DNA from: Bacteroidetes bacterium SB0662_bin_6
Lineage (GTDB): Bacteria > Bacteroidota > Rhodothermia > Rhodothermales > VXPQ01
Direction of reading: 5' to 3'
DNA: 64,000 bases
NCBI GenBank assembly: GCA_009839485.1
Contig: VXPQ01000053.1
Location: 12,060 to 76,059 of the forward strand
Part shown: piece by piece, positions 46,378-56,723 of the stretch
How the letters are laid out: each line of letters begins with the position of its first letter
Numbering within the stretch: position 1 is the first letter of the stretch
Translations under genes and position numbers: made by a program
Notes under the pieces: model-generated
What the model was told of the DNA's origin: nothing
What the model saw: only the letters and a program-made list of their open reading frames with translations
Databases searched by the model: none

Positions 46378-47445
46378 ATGCAGCCTCGTAAAGATGTCAT
46401 AGCGCTTTTGAAGGAGCTTGTGCGCATTCCTTCGCTCAGCGGCGAAGAAAAAAACGCCGCCGGGTATATGGAGGAGTATGTGGCGCAACACGGGATCGAA
46501 GCGGGCCGCATCGACGATAACGTGTTCTTCGGATTCGGGGAAGGGGATGATGTGTTGTTGCTGAACACCCACCTTGATACGGTACCTCCGTCGGAGCATC
46601 ATCCGCACGGCGCATTTGACGCGATCGAATCGAAAGGCTGCTTGTACGGGCGCGGAAGCGTGGATGCGAAAGCGTCTGTCGCCGCCATGACCACCGCGTT
46701 TCTTTCTTTGGCTGCAGATAACTTCCGGCCTTCCGGACGAATCATCGTAGCGCTGACCGCCTGCGAAGAAACAGGCGGGGATTATAATGGACTCAAGACC
46801 CTGCGCCCGCATCTGCCGGATTTGAAGGCAGCGCTCGTAGGCGAACCCACCAACCTCGTTCCGTGCATCGCTCAAAAGGGACTGCTGGTGCTGCGTGTGG
46901 AAGCACAAGGCAAAACAGCCCATGCCGCCCGGGCGCATCTCGGGCAAAACGCCATAGCAACCGCTGCGAGAGACATCGAGCGCGCCATGGCGCTTGACTT
47001 CGACCGGGAGGATATTTTTCTGGGGTACCCTACAATTACCGTAACCACCATAGCGGGAGGTGCGGCCCGCAACGTCGTGCCGGACCGATGTACGTTCACG
47101 CTCGACATCCGGTCGACACCGGCCTACACACATAAGGAGTTGATCGATATCGTGCAGGATGCGCTCGAGTCGGAGGTGCAGGTGCATAGCGAACGGATCG
47201 TACCCGTCGCCACGGATGCAAACGAACGGATCGTCCGCGCATGTCTGCGGGCGATTCCCGATATCGAACCCATCGGATCTCCCACGGCGTCAGACTGGAT
47301 CTTTCTGGCCGATGTCCCCACGGTCAAAATCGGTCCGGGATCGAGTCAATTGTCCCACACTCCGGAAGAACATATCCCGATCGCCGAAGTGCAGCGCGCC
47401 GTGGAAGTCTATCGTTCCGTCATTGAAGCATATTTCGAGCCATGA
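46378..47445 (+). CDS. argE: M20-family deacylase (acetylornithine deacetylase / succinylornithine desuccinylase)
   Basis: LVRIPSLSGEE, LLNTHLDTVPP, GRGSVDAKASVAAM and CEETGG metal-ligand motifs. Located between argB and argH. Confidence 0.8.
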   Translation: MQPRKDVIALLKELVRIPSLSGEEKNAAGYMEEYVAQHGIEAGRIDDNVFFGFGEGDDVLLLNTHLDTVPPSEHHPHGAFDAIESKGCLYGRGSVDAKASVAAMTTAFLSLAADNFRPSGRIIVALTACEETGGDYNGLKTLRPHLPDLKAALVGEPTNLVPCIAQKGLLVLRVEAQGKTAHAARAHLGQNAIATAARDIERAMALDFDREDIFLGYPTITVTTIAGGAARNVVPDRCTFTLDIRSTPAYTHKELIDIVQDALESEVQVHSERIVPVATDANERIVRACLRAIPDIEPIGSPTASDWIFLADVPTVKIGPGSSQLSHTPEEHIPIAEVQRAVEVYRSVIEAYFEP

Positions 47446-48767
47446 TACACCCATCGTCCTCCCCTCTCTGGAAAAAATCGGACGCAGCCGCAACACTCGA
47501 AGACCAGGTGATGCGATTCACCGTCGGAGAAGACTACCGGTGGGATACGCTCCTGTTGCCGTACGACATACAGGCAACCCGTGCACATGCCTGGGGGCTT
47601 GCGGAAATCGGGATACTGACACAGACGGAATTCGATGCGGTCACCGAAGCACTGGATGCACTGGCGGAGCAGGAACGCGCCGTCCGCCCCGAAGACGAGG
47701 ATTCCCACACGGTAATCGAAAACTGCCTGACGGAAGCGCTCGGCGACACCGGCAGGAAAATCCACACGGGACGCTCCCGGAACGACCAGGTGCTCGCCGC
47801 GCTGCGACTGTATCTCCGGGATGCTTTGCTGGAGGTAATGCAGCAAACCGCAGACATGGTTCGCATCCTGTGTCAGTGGGGCAAAGAAGGAGATTCCTGG
47901 CTTATACCGGGTTATACGCACATGCAGCGAGCCATGCCCGCGACGGTAGGTTTGTGGGCAATGGGTTTTGCTGAACTGCTCACGGTCGATATCGAACGAT
48001 TACAGGAAGCAGCGAAGCGCATCAACGTATCCCCCCTCGGATCAGCGGCGGGATACGGGGTGCCTGCCCTGGCGCTTCCCCGCAAGAAGATGGCCCGTCA
48101 ACTCGGCTTCGACGGAGTCCAGGAGCATGTGACTGCCGTACAGTTATCGCGCGGAAAGCTGGAAATGGATGTGGTTCATGCGCTCGCACAAATCGCGGCG
48201 ACCTGCAACCGCCTGGCTGCGGACATTGTGCTGTATCATACAGCCGAGTTCGGTTTTCTGAAGCCGGCCGATACCTATGGCACAGGGAGCTCCATCATGC
48301 CTCAGAAACGGAACCCGGACGTGCCGGAACTGGTGCGGGCGTCATACCACCGGATTCTTGCCGAAATGCAGTTGCTGGCCTCCCTCCCGGCAAACCTGCC
48401 TTCAGGCTACCATCGGGACTTGCAACTCACCAAGGAAGCGGTCCTGCGCACCGTACACACGGCTTCGAACGTAACCGGCGCAATGACCGTGGTTCTCCGG
48501 GATATGCGCTTCGACAGGAAACGCCTTGATCAGGCCGTATCCCCCGATTTGTTCGCCACTGCCCGCGCCATGGGTATGGTGCAGGAAGGAACGCCGTTTC
48601 GGGAAGCCTATCGCCGGACCGCCGGCGAACCCGACGCTGTCCGTAAACCCCCGGCACAGGAAGCGCTGGAAGCGTACCGCGTAGATGGGTATCCCGGGCA
48701 GTGCCGGCCCGACCTCATCATAGAGCGGCTGAACCGGATCGACACGGAATCGGATAAAGCGGAATAA
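47442..48767 (+). CDS. argH: argininosuccinate lyase
   Basis: HTGRSRNDQV, GYTHMQRAMP and the signature GSSIMPQKRNPDVPE. ATGA overlap with argE. Confidence 0.93.
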   Translation: MIHPSSSPLWKKSDAAATLEDQVMRFTVGEDYRWDTLLLPYDIQATRAHAWGLAEIGILTQTEFDAVTEALDALAEQERAVRPEDEDSHTVIENCLTEALGDTGRKIHTGRSRNDQVLAALRLYLRDALLEVMQQTADMVRILCQWGKEGDSWLIPGYTHMQRAMPATVGLWAMGFAELLTVDIERLQEAAKRINVSPLGSAAGYGVPALALPRKKMARQLGFDGVQEHVTAVQLSRGKLEMDVVHALAQIAATCNRLAADIVLYHTAEFGFLKPADTYGTGSSIMPQKRNPDVPELVRASYHRILAEMQLLASLPANLPSGYHRDLQLTKEAVLRTVHTASNVTGAMTVVLRDMRFDRKRLDQAVSPDLFATARAMGMVQEGTPFREAYRRTAGEPDAVRKPPAQEALEAYRVDGYPGQCRPDLIIERLNRIDTESDKAE

Positions 48768-48779
48768 AATACGGCATCG

Positions 48780-49568
48780 CTACCGGTTCCAGTTCCACTC
48801 CGACAAAGGCGCAAGAAAATCGTGCGCCGTGAGATCGTAGTGCATAGGCGTCACGGAAACATGTCCGCTCTGCACCGCAGCTATATCCGTGTTTTGTCCT
48901 TCGTCAAGGTTGACAAAGGTGCCTGTCATCCAGTAGTACGGCCGATTGTTTGGATCGACGCGCTGATCGAACGATTCTCGCCAGCGGGAATGCGCCTGAC
49001 GTGTGACCAGCATACCCTTGATGGACGATAGCGGAAGAGGCGGAATATTCACGTTCAGAAGAATGCCCGGCGGCAAACCCTGCTCCAGCACTTTCTCCGC
49101 CACAATGAAAGCGATCTCCTGCGATGCCTCGTAGTCGTGCGCATCCCAGTCGCAGAGAGATACGGCCACTGCGTCGATACCCAGAATAGCGGCTTCCGTG
49201 GCCGCGCTTACCGTACCCGAATAGATCACGTTAAGGGCCGTATTCGCCCCCCGATTGATCCCGCTGACAACAAGGTCCGGCTCGCGGGGCAGCAATTCCC
49301 GGACCGCCAGCTTTACGCAATCGGCCGGGGTGCCCTGCACGCCGTAGACACGCGTTGCCCCACCCATGCTCGCATCTACGGGAAAAGCGCGTACAGGATC
49401 GCGCAGTGTGATCGCATGCCCGACGGCGCTTTGTTCCAGAAGAGGGGCCACCACATACACATCGCCCAACCTGACCATGGCCTCTGCAAGCGCCGCGATA
49501 CCCGGAGCGTTTACGCCGTCATCGTTACTGACAAGAATGAGCGGTCGGGCTCCATGATTCGAATCCAT
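48780..49568 (-). CDS. surE: 5'/3'-nucleotidase SurE
   Basis: LILVSNDDGVNAPGI, SAVGHAIT, SGINRGAN and YSGTVSAA. Confidence 0.93.
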   Translation of the reverse strand: MDSNHGARPLILVSNDDGVNAPGIAALAEAMVRLGDVYVVAPLLEQSAVGHAITLRDPVRAFPVDASMGGATRVYGVQGTPADCVKLAVRELLPREPDLVVSGINRGANTALNVIYSGTVSAATEAAILGIDAVAVSLCDWDAHDYEASQEIAFIVAEKVLEQGLPPGILLNVNIPPLPLSSIKGMLVTRQAHSRWRESFDQRVDPNNRPYYWMTGTFVNLDEGQNTDIAAVQSGHVSVTPMHYDLTAHDFLAPLSEWNWNR

Positions 49569-49615
49569 GCAAATGCCTCCTCACATTTTGCGCGTACGCA
49601 GCAAGTTGCCCACCG

Positions 49616-50446
49616 TCAATAACTTTCTTCTCCGGAGGGAAAAGCGCGGGTGCGCACATCCTGCACGTAATGTTGCACCGCTTCCGTAATCGTTTCTTCA
49701 AGATGGGCGTAACGCCGCACGAACCGGGGATGGAAATCGGTGTTCAGGCCCAGCAAATCGTGGGTAACAAGCACCTGTCCGTCACAATGCACCCCGGCGC
49801 CAATGCCGATAACCGGAATCGAAAGATCTCCCGAAACATCGCGCGCCAGATCCGCAGGGATTTTTTCGAGCACAAGGCCGAAACAGCCTGCTTCTTCCAG
49901 TAGGCGCGCATCTCTACGGATGGCGTCCGCTTCCTCCGTGTCCTGTGCACGCACGCGGTATGTGCCGAAGCGGTAAATACTCTGAGGGGTAAGACCGAGA
50001 TGGCCCATCACAGGGATGCCGGCGTCGGTGATACGCTGCACGGCCTCCAGGGCCGGTTCGCCGCCCTCCATTTTCACCGCATGCGCGCCTGCCTCTTTCA
50101 TCACCCGGACGGCTGAAACCAATGCCTCCGTCGAATTGCCCTGATAGGATCCGAAGGGAAGATCCACCACTACGAGAGCGCGCCGTACCGCCCGAATGAC
50201 GGACTGGGCATGGTAGATCATCTGATCGAGCGTGATAGGCAGCGTCGTTTCGTACCCCGCCATCACATTGGATGCCGAATCTCCTACCAGAAGTACATCT
50301 ACCCCGGCGGCATCCAGAATACGCGCCGACGTATAGTCATAGGCCGTCAGCATGGCGATCGGCACGCCGGCACGCTTCAGATCCTGAAGGGTTTGCGTGG
50401 TGATCCGCCTCGCGTCGAGCGCACCGGTAACTGATTCGCTGCTCAT
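49616..50446 (-). CDS. panB: 3-methyl-2-oxobutanoate hydroxymethyltransferase
   Basis: [39 protein letters not shown] and GHLGLTPQS. Start at ATG 50446; the track's 82-aa extension is rejected. Confidence 0.93.
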   Translation of the reverse strand: MSSESVTGALDARRITTQTLQDLKRAGVPIAMLTAYDYTSARILDAAGVDVLLVGDSASNVMAGYETTLPITLDQMIYHAQSVIRAVRRALVVVDLPFGSYQGNSTEALVSAVRVMKEAGAHAVKMEGGEPALEAVQRITDAGIPVMGHLGLTPQSIYRFGTYRVRAQDTEEADAIRRDARLLEEAGCFGLVLEKIPADLARDVSGDLSIPVIGIGAGVHCDGQVLVTHDLLGLNTDFHPRFVRRYAHLEETITEAVQHYVQDVRTRAFPSGEESY

Positions 50447-50501
50447 GATCGGCTTCCTCTTCCGTTTCCCGGCGCACTCGACAATCTGCGTCGAGGCGCC
50501 G

Positions 50502-51107
50502 CTAATTCGCGTCCGAGGCGGCTGCTTCCCCGGCTGATTCCGCCGCTTCCCCATCCACGTCCAGACCCAGCGTACGCGCCACATCCAGCGTGATGTCCTG
50601 AACGGTTTCGGGGTTGACGAACAGCAGAAGAGGTTCCGTACCAACCCGCGTGCGCAACACGATGTCGAGGCCGTTTGCGTCCGCCACCTCATTGATGGCG
50701 TTCTGTATTTGCTCCAGAAGCGGCTGCATCAGTTCAGCCTGACGCGCGGCCAACTGCTGATCCTGGTCCTGGGCTTCCTGCTGAATCTGCTGTTGCAACT
50801 GCACCAGTTCCTGTTCGCGCTCCTGACGCCGATCCTCGGAAAGAAGAGACTGCTGCCGCTGGTATCGCTCCAGCTTGTCCTGATAGTCGGTATAAAGGGC
50901 TTCCAACGCTTGCTGATTGGCATCGAAGTCGGTCTGTAATTGCTGCTGAACCTCCTGGTACTGCGGCATATTGATCAGGACGATCTCATGATCGGTGAAG
51001 CCAACGGAAAGCGCTTGAGCATGCGCATTGAACGACCCGCCGGCCATTGCAATAGCAAGCAAAACAGCGGCAAAAAGAAGACATCCTTCAGATATGCGTT
51101 TCAACAT
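50502..51107 (-). CDS. skp: OmpH/Skp-family periplasmic chaperone (copy 2)
   Basis: A signal peptide followed by a Q/E-rich coiled coil ([33 protein letters not shown]...). Confidence 0.85.
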   Translation of the reverse strand: MLKRISEGCLLFAAVLLAIAMAGGSFNAHAQALSVGFTDHEIVLINMPQYQEVQQQLQTDFDANQQALEALYTDYQDKLERYQRQQSLLSEDRRQEREQELVQLQQQIQQEAQDQDQQLAARQAELMQPLLEQIQNAINEVADANGLDIVLRTRVGTEPLLLFVNPETVQDITLDVARTLGLDVDGEAAESAGEAAASDAN

Positions 51108-51202
51108 AATGGTATCGTTGACGTTTTCTGTGTGGTTCGCGGCTTCACCGGCAATACGCAGCGCCCGACATGCATGGGCTCCGGAGCGCAGCGCAGGGAC
51201 AA

Positions 51203-51742
51203 TCAGTTTTGACTGTCCGTGTCGATGCCAAGTTCCTCAAGCACATCATCGCTCAGATCGAACTGGTCCCGAGCATACATGAAGATATAATCCCCTCCCT
51301 TGTCGAACACATAGTCGTACCCGTCACGAATAGCCACTGCCTCAATGGCTTCAAGCACGCTTTCCTGAACGGGGCGCACCAACCGTTCCTGCTCCTGAAA
51401 AAGACGTCCTTCCGGGCCGAAGTACTGCATCCTGAGCCGCTCTACTTCTTCTTCGGCCTGAATGATTTCGTCGCGCTCCCGTTGCCGTTGGTCGTTCGTG
51501 TAGATCAATTCCCGGGCCTGGTACTCCCGAAAGAGTTCGTCCACTTCGTTGCGCTGCTCCTCGATTTCCTGCTGCCACTCCTGCGCCGTACGGTCAATTT
51601 GCTGCTGTACCGTAGCGTATTCCGGCAATTGCTCCAGGATATACTCCGAATCCACATAACCCACCTTCTGTTGGGCGTATACCGGAGCAACCGCAAGCAT
51701 CGCCACAAGAAGTAACGATGCAAAAGGACAGGATGCATGCAT
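51203..51742 (-). CDS. skp: OmpH/Skp-family periplasmic chaperone (copy 1)
   Basis: MHASCPFASLLLVAMLAVAPVYAQQKVGYVDSEYILEQLPEY followed by a coiled coil. Lies immediately downstream of bamA. Confidence 0.85.
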   Translation of the reverse strand: MHASCPFASLLLVAMLAVAPVYAQQKVGYVDSEYILEQLPEYATVQQQIDRTAQEWQQEIEEQRNEVDELFREYQARELIYTNDQRQRERDEIIQAEEEVERLRMQYFGPEGRLFQEQERLVRPVQESVLEAIEAVAIRDGYDYVFDKGGDYIFMYARDQFDLSDDVLEELGIDTDSQN

Positions 51743-51753
51743 GGCGCTGCGTC

Positions 51754-54240
51754 TCAGAAACCTTGCCCAAGCGTAAACTGGAATCTCCACTTTCTTAAAC
51801 CATCCTCGCCGGAAGAAGAAGAAAATTCGTCAAAATTATACCCGTAGGTCACCTCGACCATCCGCAGTATCGGGAGGTACATGCGCATGCCAACGCCAGC
51901 GGATCGAAATAGTTCTACGGGGTTGTACAACTCGAAACGGTCCCAGGCATTGACCGCATCAAGAAAAATATAGGGCTGCGCCGAAAGCTGCTCGGTCTGG
52001 ATAGCCAGCCATTTTATTTCGGACATGTATTTGTTCAGAACGGCCCCTCCGACCGCCTCGTCGTTAAGACGAGGGCCTATCGAAGAAATAGGATAGCCGC
52101 GCATGTACACAATGTCGCGTCCGAAATAGCCATAGTACGATTGGGTATCGAACGGCGACCCGCCCACGACAAAGCGTTCGAAGTCCACCCGATCCCCCGT
52201 CAGCGATCCCACGTATCCGAAATCGGCGCCGAACCGAACGGACAGTTTGGAAGCCAACGGGACGTTCCACTCCGTCTTGAAACGCGTCTTGTGGTACTGC
52301 ACAAATCCCGGGACCGGCGGAGCGATTTCAAGAGACAGCGAAAAACTCGACCCGCTGGAGGGAAAAATCGGATGATCCAGCGAATTTCTGGAAAGACTCT
52401 GCTGGAATGTAGCGATCCGACTGACGCCTTCGGGAATCGAACGAAAGAGTTCCTGGTTGTCGTAATGCTGATAGCGGAGGGCGCTTCCCATACTGAACTT
52501 GTCGTCCGGCCATTGCAGGCGGCGTTCGTAGAATACGCGCACCGACGCCGTTTTCAAATGCCCGTCCTGCTGGAACCCGTAGCTGTAACGGGAAAATCGG
52601 CGACTGCCGCCGCCGCCGTAACTCGAATAAGAAAGCGACATCCCGACCGGCGTAGGACGCCCCCGGAACCAGGGTTCCGTATAGGAAAGCGAATAATTCT
52701 GGTAAAACGACCCGGTGGTTTGCACAGCGAGGGAAAGTTGCTGCCCATCGCCGGATGGAAGAGGATCCCACGCAGATCCCTTGAACAGATTTTGCGCCGA
52801 GAAATTATTAAAACCGAACCGGAGCATCAGGATGGGCCCGAACGAACCCCACGAGCCGGAAAGCTCCAGTTGATCACTGCTCTGTTCAACAACCGAGTAG
52901 GTCAGATCGACGGTTTTATTCGCCTCGTCAATGTCTATCCCCGGGCCGCCGCCCAGCGATTCCTGCGTAAAATAATTAAGCTGGCTAAGGCGGCGAATCG
53001 ACTCCTGAATAGCGTCGCGACTGAACGTCTGGCCCGGAATCGTATATAGTTCCCGGCGGATGACATGCTCCTTGGTCTTGGTATTGCCTGAAATGCCCAC
53101 ATCGCCGAATTGATATACCTCGCCTTCGATGATATCGAAATGAATGTCGAGCGAATCCCCTTCGGCCACACGTATCGTCGGATCGACATTGAACCGCATG
53201 TACCCGCGATTCATGTACAGGCTGGAAATATCGCTGCTGTTCTTGTTCTGGTACAGGTTCTGTTCCAGCTTTGATCGGTCGAACGCTTCTCCCTGTGTAA
53301 TGCCCAACGCATCGCCCAGAAAATCATCGGGGTAGATCGTGTTGCCTTCCCATACGATGTCACGGACAAAATATTGAGGGCCTTCCTCAATGGTCAGTTC
53401 GACAATCATCCCGGGCTTTTCCCCCTCCTGCACAAACACGGAATCGCTTAGAATCCGCGCATCGTAGTACCCGTTATCGTTGTAATGCCGAACGACATTG
53501 TTCAGGTCGTTTTCGTATTCGCTCCGGTCGAATTTCGCCCCACTCCAGAAACGCCACCATTTTTTTTCGTTCGTCTTCTTCATCTTGCGTTTCAGGCGAA
53601 AATCGGAAACGGTTTCGTTGCCCGCAATCCGGATTTCCTCTACCCTGACTTTCTTCCCGCGATCAATCGCAAAATCAATCTTTACCTGCCCGTCATCGGT
53701 TTCCTCGCGCCGTACGTCCACTTGAGCAAGCAGGTATCCCTTTTCGCGAAAATACTGTTTGATTTGCCGGTCCGTGCGCTCAATATCGGAAGGGCGGACA
53801 GGGCTTCCTGTCAACAGCGGCGCTTCCTCGCGCAAATCTTTCTGCTGCCCCTTTTTGATACCGGAAAAGGTGTACTCTGCAAGACGGGGTTCTTCCTGCA
53901 CCTCAATGGAAAGATACACGCCGTCCCCCGAGCGGCGCTCCTCCACAATCTTCACATCTGAAAAAAGGCCGAGACGATACACCGAGCGGACGGCATCCGC
54001 AATGGCTTCGTCACCGGGTAACGTAATAATTTCCCCTGCAGTAAGACCACTTGCCTGAGCAATAATGGAGCGGGCGCTTTCACTGTCCGACCCTTCGACC
54101 GTAATGTCGAGAATCTCATAGGAAGCAGGGGGCGACGTATAGGGCCCCGACGTATCGAAGGACCCCGTTATGCCTTGCGAACTGGCCGGAATGGCCAGCA
54201 GGGCGCCGCATACAAGAAGAATGGAAAACCTTGCGCTCAT
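51754..54240 (-). CDS. bamA: outer membrane protein assembly factor BamA
   Basis: A signal peptide, five POTRA-like units (ILDITVEGS..., RLAEYTFSGIKK..., VRVEEIRIAGN..., YFVRDIVWEGN..., YQFGDVGISGN...) and a C-terminal beta-barrel ending in ...QFTLGQGF. ATG at 54240. Confidence 0.93.
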   Translation of the reverse strand: MSARFSILLVCGALLAIPASSQGITGSFDTSGPYTSPPASYEILDITVEGSDSESARSIIAQASGLTAGEIITLPGDEAIADAVRSVYRLGLFSDVKIVEERRSGDGVYLSIEVQEEPRLAEYTFSGIKKGQQKDLREEAPLLTGSPVRPSDIERTDRQIKQYFREKGYLLAQVDVRREETDDGQVKIDFAIDRGKKVRVEEIRIAGNETVSDFRLKRKMKKTNEKKWWRFWSGAKFDRSEYENDLNNVVRHYNDNGYYDARILSDSVFVQEGEKPGMIVELTIEEGPQYFVRDIVWEGNTIYPDDFLGDALGITQGEAFDRSKLEQNLYQNKNSSDISSLYMNRGYMRFNVDPTIRVAEGDSLDIHFDIIEGEVYQFGDVGISGNTKTKEHVIRRELYTIPGQTFSRDAIQESIRRLSQLNYFTQESLGGGPGIDIDEANKTVDLTYSVVEQSSDQLELSGSWGSFGPILMLRFGFNNFSAQNLFKGSAWDPLPSGDGQQLSLAVQTTGSFYQNYSLSYTEPWFRGRPTPVGMSLSYSSYGGGGSRRFSRYSYGFQQDGHLKTASVRVFYERRLQWPDDKFSMGSALRYQHYDNQELFRSIPEGVSRIATFQQSLSRNSLDHPIFPSSGSSFSLSLEIAPPVPGFVQYHKTRFKTEWNVPLASKLSVRFGADFGYVGSLTGDRVDFERFVVGGSPFDTQSYYGYFGRDIVYMRGYPISSIGPRLNDEAVGGAVLNKYMSEIKWLAIQTEQLSAQPYIFLDAVNAWDRFELYNPVELFRSAGVGMRMYLPILRMVEVTYGYNFDEFSSSSGEDGLRKWRFQFTLGQGF

Positions 54241-54387
54241 AGCCAACGGAAACAGCTACAGCCGTTTATAATGCGCCGGCTGAAAGCATTTATATACACG
54301 AACCCGTCAGGAGGGTTTCCGGACAGATCATCCCGCCGCAGGACGAAAATGTCCTTTGCCGGCACGCCCTCCCTCCTCATAACGAAT

Positions 54388-55170
54388 TTATTCTTCCGTT
54401 AGTATCCGCCCGAAACGCCGTTCCCGGTCCTGGTAATCCCGGATGGCCTCGTACAATGCATGTTGACGAAAGGCCGGCCAGTAGCAATCGGTGATGTACA
54501 ACTCCGTATAGGCCAGCTGCCATAACAGGAAATTCGATATCCGAAATTCGCCGCCGGTGCGGATAAGCAAATCAGGATCCGGCATATGCGAGGTCATCAG
54601 CACGGTTTCAAAAAGCTCCTCGTCAATGTCTTGGGGCTGCAAGACGCCGGCTCGTACACGCTCCGCCATTTTCTGTGCAGCACGCACGATCTCGAGCCGC
54701 CCGCTGTACGATACGGCAATGGTCAGGGTCATCCGGTCATTGTTACGCGTCTCCTCCATTGCCTCATGGAGCCCGCGGCGGACTTCTTCGGGCATCATGG
54801 ACAAATCGCCTACCGCATGCAGGCGAATGTTGTTCTTGTCCAGTGTTCTGGTTTCGTGACGAATCGTGCTTAAAAGCAGGCGCATCAGAGCCCGAACCTC
54901 CGAAGAAGGACGATCCCAGTTCTCATGGCTGAAGGTGTAGAGTGTGAGATAGTCCACGCCTAATCGGGCACACGCTTCCGCAATCTCGCGTACGGAATCG
55001 ACGCCTGCACGGTGCCCCGCCACACGGCGCTTTCCCCGCTCGCGCGCCCAGCGCCCATTGCCGTCCATAATCATGGCAATGTGGGAAGGGATTTCCCCAC
55101 GGCGCTTCAATGCTTCCTGCAACGAAGCATCGTCATCCGCACGTATATCCCTGTTGGCCGTGACCTTCAC
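54388..55170 (-). CDS. uppS: di-trans,poly-cis-undecaprenyl-diphosphate synthase
   Basis: HIAMIMDGNGRWA, LTLYTFSHENWDRP, RTGGEFRISNFLLWQLAYTELY. GTG start. Confidence 0.93.
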   Translation of the reverse strand: MKVTANRDIRADDDASLQEALKRRGEIPSHIAMIMDGNGRWARERGKRRVAGHRAGVDSVREIAEACARLGVDYLTLYTFSHENWDRPSSEVRALMRLLLSTIRHETRTLDKNNIRLHAVGDLSMMPEEVRRGLHEAMEETRNNDRMTLTIAVSYSGRLEIVRAAQKMAERVRAGVLQPQDIDEELFETVLMTSHMPDPDLLIRTGGEFRISNFLLWQLAYTELYITDCYWPAFRQHALYEAIRDYQDRERRFGRILTEE

Positions 55171-55184
55171 CGTCGAAAAAGGCG

Positions 55185-56579
55185 CTATAGACGCAAAATG
55201 TCATTAAAGACAAGAAATACCATGAAGACAAGCAGCAGAAACATACCTACCTGCTGCGTAATCATGCGAAATCGTAAGGACGGTTCCCTCCGAATGATCC
55301 CTTCGTACATCAGAAAAACCAGATGCCCCCCGTCGAGCGCCGGAATGGGCAGAATGTTGATAATGGCCAATGTAATGGAAAGCATGGCTACAATGTCCCA
55401 AAAGAGCGCAGCGCCTACCTGGGTAGCCTGATTGATCACCTGTGCGATCATGATCGGCCCTCCGAGGTTTTCCCGAAGATTTTCCCGACCCGTGAAAATA
55501 CGTCCCAGGCTCAGAACAATAACCCGCGTGTTGCTCCAGGTATCGCCAATCCCCGCACCCACCGCTTCGAATAGCGAGAAACGGCGCTGGACGGCGCCAA
55601 ACTCCTCCGCCAGAATATCCGCACCGGGTCTATACACCCCGAGGAGATACCCTTCCTCACGCAACGCGGGCGCCACCAGGGCTTCGTAGACGGGAAGCGC
55701 GGCAAGCCCCGTGGAATCGGGCCGTTGCCAGCGGACAATCACCGGATTTCCCTCCGTACGCCGTATATATTCCGTCATTTCCGCCCAAAAGCGAATTTCC
55801 TCGCCCGCGATGGAAACAATACGGTCCCCGGTCTGCAAGCCGATAGAGTCGGCCGGCGTATCCTGCATGACGCCTCCAATCACAGCCGGCGCAATATAAA
55901 CCCCCAAACGCGGGCCCCGGCGGTTGATCTGCGTGAAAATGTCTTGCGGGCCACGGACGAGCAGGGTGTCATCCCCTCTGAGCACCGTGACGGTGAACGG
56001 GTCTGCAACCAGCGACTCGATACTTTCAAAATCCTCGTAGCGCTCCAGCGGTTCGCCGTTTACGGCCAGCAGGCGATCTCCCGTACGCAGCCCCATGTCA
56101 TAGGCAATGGACGTATCGGCAACAAACACCGCATCGATATTTTCCGCCGGGATGTTTGTCTCTCCGTAAGAAAGCCGGAGACCCGTGAAAATCAAAAACG
56201 CCAGCAGCACATTGAAAACAACGCCGGCGGAAATAACGATCATGCGCTGCCAAACGGGTTTCGAACGAAACTCCCACGATTCCGGCGCCTTATCGAGACG
56301 ATCGGTATCCATACTTTCATCCACCATACCTGCAATCTTCACGTATCCGCCAAGAGGCGTGGCGCCGATGACATACTCTGTCTCCCCAATCTGTTTTTTG
56401 AAAATTTTGGGAGGAAATCCGATGGAAAACCGGTCCACCCGCATCCCGAACAGTTTGGCGAAAAGAAAATGCCCCATCTCGTGCACGAAGACGAGCAGGG
56501 TAATGGCAAGAAGAAACGGAAGAACGTACGACAGGAGGATTCCGGAAATCATCCGGAAAATCTCGACAATCATCTCCAT
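55185..56579 (-). CDS. rseP: RIP (site-2) metalloprotease RseP
   Basis: HEMGHFLFAK (HExxH), PDZ regions, and NILPIPALDGGHL (the LDG motif). Confidence 0.92.
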   Translation of the reverse strand: MEMIVEIFRMISGILLSYVLPFLLAITLLVFVHEMGHFLFAKLFGMRVDRFSIGFPPKIFKKQIGETEYVIGATPLGGYVKIAGMVDESMDTDRLDKAPESWEFRSKPVWQRMIVISAGVVFNVLLAFLIFTGLRLSYGETNIPAENIDAVFVADTSIAYDMGLRTGDRLLAVNGEPLERYEDFESIESLVADPFTVTVLRGDDTLLVRGPQDIFTQINRRGPRLGVYIAPAVIGGVMQDTPADSIGLQTGDRIVSIAGEEIRFWAEMTEYIRRTEGNPVIVRWQRPDSTGLAALPVYEALVAPALREEGYLLGVYRPGADILAEEFGAVQRRFSLFEAVGAGIGDTWSNTRVIVLSLGRIFTGRENLRENLGGPIMIAQVINQATQVGAALFWDIVAMLSITLAIINILPIPALDGGHLVFLMYEGIIRREPSLRFRMITQQVGMFLLLVFMVFLVFNDILRL

Positions 56580-56723
56580 TGATCGCGATGTGCTGTGAAG
56601 CGCCCGGCATCAGACAGGTCCGGCGCGCTATGCAAGACGGCAATCCGCGCAGTTCGAGAAGAACAGGTCAAGCCGAACAGGGCGCAGAACCGTATAAAAG
56701 GGCTACGTTATATACGAAGTGGA